Source: Candidatus Levybacteria bacterium RIFCSPHIGHO2_02_FULL_40_18 (GTDB lineage Bacteria; Patescibacteriota; Microgenomatia; Levybacterales; GWA1-39-11). From it: a DNA stretch of 64,000 nt. Shown here piece after piece: positions 56,276 to 64,000 of the stretch; positions within the stretch are counted from its first letter, which is position 1; every line of letters starts with the position of its first letter. The stretch is from contig MFOC01000002.1 in NCBI GenBank assembly GCA_001782235.1, forward strand, positions 106,912 through 170,911, in the 5' to 3' direction. Under the pieces are notes generated by a model, which was not told where the DNA came from, ran no database searches, and worked only from the letters and a program-made list of their open reading frames with translations. Both the position numbers and the translations under genes were made by a program.

Positions 56276-56290
56276 ATTATACTACTTTTT
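56276..56290 (-). promoter_or_regulatory. conserved promoter-like 15-mer AAAAAGTAGTATAAT, 8 nt upstream of the ATG; overlaps the stop of the upstream gene
   Basis: Same motif family. Confidence 0.5.
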
Positions 56291-56678
56291 GGCGGCGGCG
56301 GGCCTCGGCTGCGCGGACTTGGGCCTCATCCATTCCGAAATGGTGGGCGATTTCATGCCAAACCGTTAATTTAACAATTTCCTTCATGTCCTCTTCATCT
56401 CTTGATGCTCTCAGAATCGGGTTTTGAAAAATTGTTATCTTATCAGGCAGCACTCCGGAATAGTGACTTCCGCGTCTATCCTGCGCTACTCCTTCATATA
56501 GGCCGAAAAGAGTAATCCCGCGATGAAGTTTTAGTTTTCTTATTTGTTGCTCGGTGGGCTCGTCCTCTATTACAATCGCAACGTTATCTAATTTATCGAG
56601 AAATTCGGAAGGAATTGATTCTATTCCTTCATTTACTATCTCTTCAAACCTCGCCCTATCCATAGCCAATTCTAACAC
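56277..56678 (-). CDS. small zincin-like metallopeptidase-family protein
   Basis: 133 aa with HExxH (VWHEIAHHFG) near the C-terminus. Confidence 0.6.
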   Translation of the reverse strand: MLELAMDRARFEEIVNEGIESIPSEFLDKLDNVAIVIEDEPTEQQIRKLKLHRGITLFGLYEGVAQDRRGSHYSGVLPDKITIFQNPILRASRDEEDMKEIVKLTVWHEIAHHFGMDEAQVRAAEARRRQKVV

Positions 56679-56710
56679 AATGGGAATTTTGGTAGTGCTT
56701 TGATATAGAT

Positions 56711-56748
56711 TTGACCTATTGACAATAGGTTGTAATGCAATGTATAAT
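56711..56748 (+). promoter_or_regulatory. orphan sigma70-like promoter: TTGACA-18 nt-TGTATAAT (extended -10), with a 15-bp palindrome CCTATTG-A-CAATAGG over the -35
   Basis: TTGACC at 56711-16, TTGACA at 56719-24, TATAAT at 56743-48 preceded by TG. No plus-strand CDS lies downstream. Confidence 0.45.
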
Positions 56749-56814
56749 ACTTTTTACCTTTAATACGCAAGTGTTAAGGGTAGAGAATCTAGCAATAGAT
56801 TTTCGGCAGGAAGA

Positions 56815-56833
56815 CCCCGCAAGGGGTTTTTTT
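56815..56833 (+). terminator. intrinsic terminator-like hairpin CCCCGCAAGGGG followed by a T7 run
   Basis: 4-bp GC stem, GCAA loop and TTTTTTT on the plus strand, 5 nt from the stop of the minus-strand GT2 gene. Confidence 0.5.
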
Positions 56834-56838
56834 GCGGC

Positions 56839-57777
56839 TTATATTGGGAAACTGCCTCGACCAAATTTCCGAAGGTAAAAATCTAGAACTCCTCTTTTTT
56901 GCCACTTTCGGCCGTTTCGAAGTAAATTAAAACTTTCTCGAAATAACGCAAGTTTTGTTCTGATTGGCGCGTAGGTCATGCCAAACAAGAGGCGATTTCG
57001 AGTTATATAATAATCTTGAAGGTCGGATCCTGACCCACCTGACGATTCTGCGACTTTGTGCCAGAGAATTGCCTTTGGTTCATAAATAATTTTAAAACCG
57101 GCCCGTTTTATTCTTTCCGAGAGGTCCGCATCTTCGTAATAAAGATAATAACGATCGTCGAACAATCCTACTTTTTGAAGCAGATCTGCTCTAAGCATAA
57201 AACAACATCCTGTTGCCAATTCTGTCTCCATTCTAGTGTTGAATTGACCGCGATCAACCTCATCCACTCCTATATTTCCCCCGATTAAATTATCCCAGTC
57301 CATCTGCCCTCCCGCATACCAAATTACTTTCCCACGCTCAGATTCCTTATAGCTATCTTTGTGAAATTCATAACCTTTTTCAAAATAAATTTTTGGCACT
57401 GCCCCGCCGATGAGAAGGGTATCAAGGGTATCACGAGTATCACGGGTGAATGAGTTCAGGAGGTTTTTAATTAGGTCGGGATGGACGATTGTATCGTTAT
57501 TTAAGAGTATTGTAAAATCTGCTCCGTTTTTTAATGAATATCTTATTCCCTCATTGTTGCCGCCGGTAAATCCAATGTTTGTTTGGTTTCCAACCAGTGT
57601 AATTTTAGGAAATTCTTTTTTTATTTCCCTTACGGAATCATCGGTTGACGAGTTATCAACAACAAGGGGTTCGATAGCTACGTTTTTTGGAATATCAAGT
57701 TTTTCAAGGGACTTAAGACATTCAAGTGTATTATGTGCTCCGTTGAAATTAAGAATTATTACAAAAATTTTAGTCAT
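56839..57777 (-). CDS. GT2-family glycosyltransferase
   Basis: IFVIILNFNGAHNT...VVDNSSTDDS...NIGFTGGNNEG; in-frame 9-nt tandem repeat (TRDTRDTLDT) at 57418-57444. Confidence 0.7.
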   Translation of the reverse strand: MTKIFVIILNFNGAHNTLECLKSLEKLDIPKNVAIEPLVVDNSSTDDSVREIKKEFPKITLVGNQTNIGFTGGNNEGIRYSLKNGADFTILLNNDTIVHPDLIKNLLNSFTRDTRDTLDTLLIGGAVPKIYFEKGYEFHKDSYKESERGKVIWYAGGQMDWDNLIGGNIGVDEVDRGQFNTRMETELATGCCFMLRADLLQKVGLFDDRYYLYYEDADLSERIKRAGFKIIYEPKAILWHKVAESSGGSGSDLQDYYITRNRLLFGMTYAPIRTKLALFRESFNLLRNGRKWQKRGVLDFYLRKFGRGSFPI

Positions 57778-58676
57778 ATTTTTTGAGATATCCGAAGAAT
57801 AGTTTTTTTAACCGGATTTTTTGTCTCATTCTTCTGCGCATCTTTGATCCAAAAAGAGATCTCCCGTTTCATCTTTTTTGCTTCGTTATTGAAATCGTCA
57901 AGAATTTTATCTTGCTTAGTAAACTTATTCTTTTCCCAAACCTTCAGGAAAATAACAAAATGGTAAAACCCCATTAGAAGCGAGAGTATCAAACCGTGAA
58001 GCCCGTCTTTGTATCCTTCATGAGTAAAAAAACGCCTTAAAAATTCTTGAAAAGGCATTCTAATTGCGTCTATGTAATTAAATTCGTATCCTCCCGCAAG
58101 AAGCGCCTCGGCCTCAGAATCCGTGTAGGCTACCATTCTGTTTAAGAATTGGTTTATGGACTGATAATTCTCGTGATGAATTGGAGACAAAAGCCTTTCT
58201 ATTTTTCCTTCGACAACGATTGGTTCATGAACTTTCTTGGATACGTACTTTCCTTTGCCTTTCTTAAAAAGTCTCAATTGATAGTCCGGATACCAGCCCG
58301 TATGCTCTATCCATTTACCAAAGATGATATTTTTTCTGGGAATCTCGTATCCTTGGATGTTGGATGTTGGATGTTGGATGTTGGATTTGATTTCGCTTGT
58401 TAGTTCGGGGGTAACCCTTTCGTCGGCGTCGAGCGAGAGGATCCAGTCACAAGTGGCTTTTGAGAAGCCAAAGTTTTTCTGAAGATCAATTCTTGAAGGA
58501 TCATTCTCTTGTGTAAAAATGTTAGCACCCAATTTTTTTGCAATTTCGGCGGTTTTATCCGTGGACGAATTGTCAACCACAATGATCTCATCCGCCAAAT
58601 CGCGAAGCGAATCTATGCAATCCTTAATATTTTTCTCTTCATTATAAGCCGATATTACAACAGACAACTTACCCAT
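57774..58676 (-). CDS. GT2-family glycosyltransferase, paralog of 17924 and 41786
   Basis: LSVVISAYNEEKNIKDCIDSL...DEIIVVDNSSTDKT; contains a TTGGATG x5 heptamer array. Confidence 0.7.
   Translation of the reverse strand: MGKLSVVISAYNEEKNIKDCIDSLRDLADEIIVVDNSSTDKTAEIAKKLGANIFTQENDPSRIDLQKNFGFSKATCDWILSLDADERVTPELTSEIKSNIQHPTSNIQGYEIPRKNIIFGKWIEHTGWYPDYQLRLFKKGKGKYVSKKVHEPIVVEGKIERLLSPIHHENYQSINQFLNRMVAYTDSEAEALLAGGYEFNYIDAIRMPFQEFLRRFFTHEGYKDGLHGLILSLLMGFYHFVIFLKVWEKNKFTKQDKILDDFNNEAKKMKREISFWIKDAQKNETKNPVKKTILRISQKI
58353..58387. repeat. heptanucleotide tandem array (TTGGATG x4 perfect plus TTGGATT) inside a GT2 coding region
   Basis: Read directly from the sequence; encodes SNIQHPTSNIQ. 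Confidence 0.85.
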
Positions 58677-58692
58677 ATCTATAATCTATGAT

Positions 58693-60150
58693 CTAACCCT
58701 TACTCCTTACACTAATCATAATAAATCTCAATGTTTTTACAAGCTCGCTTCCCGCCATTAAATAGAGCACCCCCAAGTAGATAATTCCTGCAATAAACAT
58801 ATTTAAAAACAGTGTCGGAAAGGAATCTATCATTTGGCGGGTTAAGTAAATGAAAGTAAGCATTATAAAGCTGGCCGCGAATTGGCGGAAAACAGGCTTG
58901 GTAAAGGAAAAACTGACATATCTTTTTGCAATAAGATAAACTAAAACAGAGCTTACCGAGATTATAAAGGAAGACGCGGCAAATCCGTTAAAGCCGAATG
59001 TGAATATTGATAGCGGCGTTAAAACCCAGGTGAGAGCCGTCCAAAAAACCATGAAATACAAAGTAATTTTTACTTTTCCGATTGCGTTTAAAAAATTCGT
59101 CAGAGGAGTTGAGATAGACGAGAAGATTGTATTCAAAGCAAAGAATGAAAGAGAAAGAATAGCCGGCTCCCACTTGGAGTACTTGGGAATAAGATCAATT
59201 AAAAATTCCGAATATTGGATAATAAAAACCGCGGTTGGAAATATGAAAAAAGAAATTAAAAATAAGGATTTTTCTATTGCGAGCTTTAGCGCCGCAGGAT
59301 TATGTTGGAGCCGGCTATAGGAAGGAAAGGTTACTTTTATTACGTTATCCATAACAAGTCTTAAGGGCAAAAACGCCCACTTTTGAGCAAAACCGATATA
59401 TCCTACTTGACTAAAAGGAAGGATTTTACCAACATAAACTATAAGAAGATCGTCCTTGACCAGCGCAAGCAAGGTGTTTGCCTGAAAAGGAAGGCCGAAG
59501 TTTATCAGTTGCTTAATTGCAGAAAACCTGAACGAAATGCCGATTGGCCAGCTTTGCACAAGATAGGTTAGGATGAGGCCGACAATCCCCCTTGAAAGAA
59601 CCGCGATTGTAAAAGTTGTCAAGCCAAAACCCAGAATGGAAAATACTATTAGGGCAGAATTGTACGCTACATTTTCTGCAATCTGTGGTATCACAAGCTT
59701 ACCAAAGGCAAGTTTTCTCTCCATTATTACTGTAGGAATTGTTCTTAAGGATGCCAAGAAAAAGGAAACAATAAGCGCCAGGAATAAAACATAGCCATCA
59801 TTATTAAGTTTGTAAAAAGATGCTATTTGCCCTGAGAATAAAAGAGCTGGAGTAATTATTGCCAGGACCAAGATTTGCTGCAGAGTAAATGTTGAGCGAA
59901 GTTCCTCTTGCGTGACCTCATCTTTTTTCTGAATAAGTGCTGCTGCCAAGCCTATGTCCTGAAAATAGTTAAGGAAAACAACAATGGATGAAACAACAAA
60001 AAACACTCCAAAACTTTCGGGCGAAAGATAGATTGTTAAGACAAAAGATGCAATAACGCCTAAAATCTGGATGAAAAAAGTCCGGGAGGTAAGGGCGAAT
60101 ATCCCTTTAACGGATTTTCTAGCAACAGTATCTAAATCAAAGTCTTCCAT
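58693..60150 (-). CDS. oligosaccharide flippase (Wzx/MOP superfamily), putative
   Basis: 485 aa, about 12-14 TM segments. Confidence 0.65.
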   Translation of the reverse strand: MEDFDLDTVARKSVKGIFALTSRTFFIQILGVIASFVLTIYLSPESFGVFFVVSSIVVFLNYFQDIGLAAALIQKKDEVTQEELRSTFTLQQILVLAIITPALLFSGQIASFYKLNNDGYVLFLALIVSFFLASLRTIPTVIMERKLAFGKLVIPQIAENVAYNSALIVFSILGFGLTTFTIAVLSRGIVGLILTYLVQSWPIGISFRFSAIKQLINFGLPFQANTLLALVKDDLLIVYVGKILPFSQVGYIGFAQKWAFLPLRLVMDNVIKVTFPSYSRLQHNPAALKLAIEKSLFLISFFIFPTAVFIIQYSEFLIDLIPKYSKWEPAILSLSFFALNTIFSSISTPLTNFLNAIGKVKITLYFMVFWTALTWVLTPLSIFTFGFNGFAASSFIISVSSVLVYLIAKRYVSFSFTKPVFRQFAASFIMLTFIYLTRQMIDSFPTLFLNMFIAGIIYLGVLYLMAGSELVKTLRFIMISVRSKG

Positions 60151-60296
60151 ATTTATATAGAAATTGGTTATTAGAAATTAGAAAATGGTTCGGAAATTAG
60201 AAAGTGGAAATTGGTACTATTTTATACTATTTTCTATTCTCTATTTTCCATTACTAATTTCTATTTTCTACCAACTATTCTCTACTTTCCTTTGCT

Positions 60297-61016
60297 TCAG
60301 AACCGCTTGTTTCGTATATCCATCCAAAGAGTCAGACTCTCAAGAACAGCCCGAACAATTACCGGGATGTTTGCGCCGGTTTGAACTCCATGCTGACGTA
60401 TATAATGCTCTACCCCAACTTCTTTTATTCGAAGTTTTTTTCTTATGGCTTTGGCAAGAATTTCTGTTGTGATTATTGCGCCTTCCGAGCGCAACGGAGA
60501 AATCGTCTCAATGGCGCTTTTGCGAAACATCTTAAAGCCGCAATCTATATCCCGAAATGTGAATCCAAATAAAGTAAAGTCTCCTATTTTTAAAAGATTC
60601 ATAAGGAGCAGGCGCTTGAAAAGATTCCTGTCTCGCCTTTTCTTCCTATATCCGATCACTATGTCGGCATTCTTTATTTCTTCAACAAATTTATCAACTT
60701 CCGAAAAATCAAACTGGAGATCACCGTCCGTGAATACAATACAATCATAGCGAGAATTTTCAAAACCCGCTTTTAGAGCCGCCCCATAACCTCTGTTTGG
60801 ATGGAGAGAAACAACACGCAAGTTTTGGTTTTTTGAAGCCAAATCATTAGCCTTATCAAGAGTTTTATCGGACGAACCGTCGTCAACCATAATAACCTCC
60901 CATTTGTCGGCAACTTTGGGTGCAACAGAAATAGCACGAGAAATAACCTCCTCTATATTCTCTTCCTCGTTCCAAAAAGGGAAAAAGACAGACAGCTCAG
61001 GAAGCTTTCTTACCAT
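60297..61016 (-). CDS. GT2 polyprenyl-phosphate sugar synthase-like glycosyltransferase (DPM1/GtrB-like)
   Basis: LSVFFPFWNEEENI...VIMVDDGSSDKT...GYGAALKAG...FTDGDLQFD. Confidence 0.75.
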   Translation of the reverse strand: MVRKLPELSVFFPFWNEEENIEEVISRAISVAPKVADKWEVIMVDDGSSDKTLDKANDLASKNQNLRVVSLHPNRGYGAALKAGFENSRYDCIVFTDGDLQFDFSEVDKFVEEIKNADIVIGYRKKRRDRNLFKRLLLMNLLKIGDFTLFGFTFRDIDCGFKMFRKSAIETISPLRSEGAIITTEILAKAIRKKLRIKEVGVEHYIRQHGVQTGANIPVIVRAVLESLTLWMDIRNKRF

Positions 61017-61093
61017 AAGTATCTTAATGTCATTCTGAACGAATGTGAAGAATCTTTTATAAAGGCCTTTAGAGCAAGATCCTTCGCTTAAGC

Positions 61094-62809
61094 TCAGGAT
61101 GACAACCGCGTTTTCTTACCATAAGGAATTATAACAATAATTATGCCTAAAAGACCAATTAACGAAAGCAGGTTGCTAATTTTTTCAACAGGAGTTTGGA
61201 CAAATTTTGTTGTTAATGTATGCTCCCCCTTTGGTAAATTTATATAAAAACCGTTATCCTTTATTATGTAAGAAGATTCACGACCATTAATGTACACTTT
61301 CCAGGCAGGAAAGTATGCAATGTTTGCCCTTACGGTTCCTTCTTCCGATAGATTAACTTTTGCCCTATTCTCCGAAGTTTTATTAAGCAAAATCACGAGA
61401 TTCCCGCTTCCCTTAATAATATCGAATGGTGTTTCTCTTAAGCTTGCTTGGGACGAAGGAGTCGTAAAGTTTCTCGGCAGATATTCGTCGGAAATTCTTG
61501 AAACCGTCCATTTAAGGTAGGCTTCATTCGTGTAGTAGGAACTTTGTCTATCATGTATGGTTTTAGGCTCAAAAAGCCGGACGTTATAAAACAAAGTCAA
61601 CAGAATAATTATAAATGCAGTAATATAAAAGATTCTGTCGCCAAGAAGATTTTTATCCAGCACCAAATTGGTGCTGGATTTAACCTGCCAGACAAGATAA
61701 CCTAAAATCAGGGCTAAAAATAATCCCGAAAAACTAAGGAATCTCCATGGAAACTGAAGAAAATCCATAAAAGGAAGCCCCCATAAAATTGACGAATACG
61801 ATAACGTCATAAAAATAGAAAACACGAGGCCCGCGAATATAAATGAAACCGTCAATAATTTATCTTTAAGTTTTTTGAAGTTAATAATAAACAACAGAAG
61901 AGAGATACCGAAAAGTAAAACATTCAGCTTTCCCAATTTAAAACTCATTCCATCAACGCAGGTTGGGGCAGATCCTCCAAATCCCCAGGGGCTATCCCAA
62001 AGTTGATTTATGCAGACAAAGTGGTCGCCAAAGTAAGAACTTCCCCCAATAATTGATGCGATATTTGTATATTTCATCTCAAAAATCGCGGGAAGCGTAT
62101 AAAATGCAGAGAATAGAAATGCAAAAATCAGAATCAAAGCATATGGCAATAACAAAATTTTTCTGCCTTTATTAAAGGCCAGAGATGCCAAAATGAAAAT
62201 TCCAATAAATATGAAAAGCATAAACGCCGATAAGTTGTGCGAAAGAATTACCGCGGCAATGGATAAAGAACCTAAAACAACATACTTTTTTAAGAAAGCA
62301 CCTGATTTGTGGATTTTAAACAGGCTAAGAAAAGCGAAAGGAAGAAAAGCATAGGCTGATAATTCCGCAAGGTCTCCCCTGACATAAACGTTGATCGCAT
62401 GATAAGGAAAATATAGATAAATAACAGCCGAAACAAGTCCGGCTAACTTGCCAAAAAATTCTTTAGCTAGAAAAAACATCGAAACCCCGGAGCCAATCAA
62501 TGCAATCGTGAATATAATTTTTGTAGAATCAAGAGCAGTAACGCCTAAAGACGTTATAATACCCCCTATATAATAAGGAAGCACAGAATAGAAATTAAAA
62601 ATCGGATATCCATATCCATATCCTAAGTCCTCCACCCACCGGACAGGAAACATTCCATGAGACAAAGATTTTCCCATTTCAAAAACCCTTGCAACCTGCG
62701 TATCGTCATGCATTGGGAAAAATCCCGGCGACAACAATGGAGATATTGAAAATATCGCAAGAAAAAAGTAAAGGACAAGATGCCAATTTTTTTTGAGTTG
62801 TTCAATCAT
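61094..62809 (-). CDS. HDGxxH...PRW-family polytopic membrane protein (paralog)
   Basis: MHDDTQVARVF...PVRWVEDLGYGYGYPIFNFY and C-terminal IAYFPAWKVYING. Confidence 0.5.
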   Translation of the reverse strand: MIEQLKKNWHLVLYFFLAIFSISPLLSPGFFPMHDDTQVARVFEMGKSLSHGMFPVRWVEDLGYGYGYPIFNFYSVLPYYIGGIITSLGVTALDSTKIIFTIALIGSGVSMFFLAKEFFGKLAGLVSAVIYLYFPYHAINVYVRGDLAELSAYAFLPFAFLSLFKIHKSGAFLKKYVVLGSLSIAAVILSHNLSAFMLFIFIGIFILASLAFNKGRKILLLPYALILIFAFLFSAFYTLPAIFEMKYTNIASIIGGSSYFGDHFVCINQLWDSPWGFGGSAPTCVDGMSFKLGKLNVLLFGISLLLFIINFKKLKDKLLTVSFIFAGLVFSIFMTLSYSSILWGLPFMDFLQFPWRFLSFSGLFLALILGYLVWQVKSSTNLVLDKNLLGDRIFYITAFIIILLTLFYNVRLFEPKTIHDRQSSYYTNEAYLKWTVSRISDEYLPRNFTTPSSQASLRETPFDIIKGSGNLVILLNKTSENRAKVNLSEEGTVRANIAYFPAWKVYINGRESSYIIKDNGFYINLPKGEHTLTTKFVQTPVEKISNLLSLIGLLGIIIVIIPYGKKTRLSS

Positions 62810-64000
62810 TTTTGTTTCTGCGCCGAATGGTCCACCCTAAAAGTCCCACAAAAGAAACAAGCGAAATGAGATCCGATACCAACCGAATCGGGCTTTCCCC
62901 GAATGTTGCTTCGATTTTATTTTCACCGGGACCAACCTCAAGCTCCATAACGCCATTGGGATTATCATATGATATTCTACTTTCTTTTCCATTGATAGTC
63001 GCGCCAAAGCCCGGATAATAAATTGTATTTATTCTAATATTCGAATTATCATCCGTTTCTACATCGAATGTTATATTTTTCGAATCATTATAAATAAGAT
63101 TTTTTATTTCCCCCCCACCTCTAACTATTTGAACTTTTTCTTTGTATCTTTCTACCGGCTCTTCTTTCACCCACTTTGGCATATACTCGTCTTGAACGGT
63201 TGTTGTGGCTTCATTAGTAAAATAAAAAGAATCATCTTTAAACACTCGTTTTTCGGGAACAATATAATTATAGGAAGAAAAAACAAGCAGCGCCAAGATA
63301 AAGCCCGATGTAATTAATTTTTGTTTTTTTAAATAAAACGCCGCAAAGGCAGCCAAAAATCCGGCGCCGAATATTAAATAGGAAAGAAGCCGAAAAGGAA
63401 ATTGGACAAGTTGCGATGGTAAGATATTCCAAATGGGCTCACTCGCGTTTTGTGACAGTAGAATACTTGCGACGGATATAAAGAAAAATAAAACGAACAA
63501 AGAATCTTTCCTTTTGAATTTTAAAAAGACGAGTAAGGACAGCGCCATGATAAAAACGCTTGATAGTCCTATCAAGTTAAAACCAACAAAATATTCAGAT
63601 AGATTGGAGATTTTTGTCGCGGCAAAATTTGTGAACTGGAGTTCGTAAAGCGCGGGGATCGTAAAAAATGATGACATTAGAATTCCGAACACAAAACTTA
63701 TCGCCGTATCTTTAAAATTTAAGGTTTTTCGAATCAGTGAATATGCGAACAATAAAGGTGCAAAGAGCAAAAAAATCGTATTATGCGAGATTGCAAGCAG
63801 AAACACCCCAATTGAAATAAAGAAAATATTCTTTTGTTCGATCGCGAGAAGCGTAAAAGAAACCCAAACAAAAGCAAACAATTCTCCAACCGATCCTCTT
63901 TTGTATAGATCGAAGAGATGATAGGGCGTATAAGTTAAAACAAGCGAACCGATGGCTGCCGAAAATTTATCAAAAATCCTCGACAGCCAAAAATAAGCAA
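62802..64000 (-). CDS. HDGxxH...PRW-family polytopic membrane protein (paralog), N-terminus beyond the window edge
   Basis: The frame stays open from 63881 to 64000 (...TPYHLFDLYKRGSVGELFAF..., matching the family PYHFLDIYVRGSVGE block). The track start at 63881 is a TTG. Confidence 0.5.
   Translation of the reverse strand, partial: AYFWLSRIFDKFSAAIGSLVLTYTPYHLFDLYKRGSVGELFAFVWVSFTLLAIEQKNIFFISIGVFLLAISHNTIFLLFAPLLFAYSLIRKTLNFKDTAISFVFGILMSSFFTIPALYELQFTNFAATKISNLSEYFVGFNLIGLSSVFIMALSLLVFLKFKRKDSLFVLFFFISVASILLSQNASEPIWNILPSQLVQFPFRLLSYLIFGAGFLAAFAAFYLKKQKLITSGFILALLVFSSYNYIVPEKRVFKDDSFYFTNEATTTVQDEYMPKWVKEEPVERYKEKVQIVRGGGEIKNLIYNDSKNITFDVETDDNSNIRINTIYYPGFGATINGKESRISYDNPNGVMELEVGPGENKIEATFGESPIRLVSDLISLVSFVGLLGWTIRRRNKND

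Noticed and set aside
60185-60472. Plus-strand 95-aa ORF starting MVRKL, the same first five residues as the minus-strand GT2 60297..61016
   Set aside because: Most of it is antisense to the well-supported GT2 gene. The shared start reflects the repeated ATGGTTCGGAAATTAGAAAG block, not a protein.

Overview
This 64-kb window is AT-rich and densely packed, with most genes on the minus strand. It looks like a cell-envelope glycosylation island from a small-genome bacterium, possibly Patescibacteria/CPR-like (my inference, not checked). No rRNA, tRNA, CRISPR array, transposase or integrase gene was found.

The first ~47 kb and the last ~7 kb carry about 10 GT2 and 3 GT4 glycosyltransferases, two Wzx-like flippases, GalE, two other NAD-dependent epimerase/dehydratases, and a DegT-type aminotransferase (truncated by the window edge), plus two SAM methyltransferases, a metallophosphoesterase and an ATP-grasp enzyme. 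This stretch also has large paralogous families of polytopic GT-C-like membrane proteins:
- four or five GT39/ArnT-like (PMT_2) genes;
- three YfhO-like genes, each next to a GT2 of the polyprenyl-phosphate-sugar-synthase type;
- five members of a ~550-aa family with an N-terminal HDGxxH...PRW motif;
- an inverted pair of ~490-aa paralogs.

The middle section (46.6-56.7 kb) is a variable region:
- a PEBP-family protein, a DUF218-like protein and a zinc-ribbon membrane protein;
- a Pro/Thr-rich surface protein whose C-terminal Excalibur-like motif is frameshifted;
- a LexA repressor, divergent from a three-gene small-protein operon with good Shine-Dalgarno sites;
- a type II restriction-modification pair: a gamma-class N6-adenine methyltransferase convergent with a PLD(HKD)-family, BfiI-like nuclease;
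- an SPFH/band-7 protein, two unknown proteins and a small zincin-like protein, each preceded by the same 15-nt promoter-like motif (AAAAAGNAGTATAAT) 0-10 nt upstream of the start codon, consistent with leaderless or near-leaderless transcripts.

Other sequence-level observations:
- an ~84-bp palindromic repeat family built from TAAAGTT/TAAGGTT units; two full copies flank galE, and arm-like partial copies flank an IVS-type four-helix-bundle gene and overlap the terminal codons of its two neighbours;
- heptanucleotide tandem arrays (TTGGATG x5, TTGGCTG-like x6) at the same loop position in two paralogous GT2 genes, which could be phase-variable sites;
- a GC-rich hairpin flanked by 12-13 bp direct repeats;
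- an orphan TTGACA-18-TGnTATAAT promoter with a palindromic operator and an intrinsic terminator, which may define a small RNA;
- an 18-bp direct repeat bracketing the Pro/Thr-rich gene.

The ORF track shows TTG and GTG starts as M, so several listed start coordinates are approximate.
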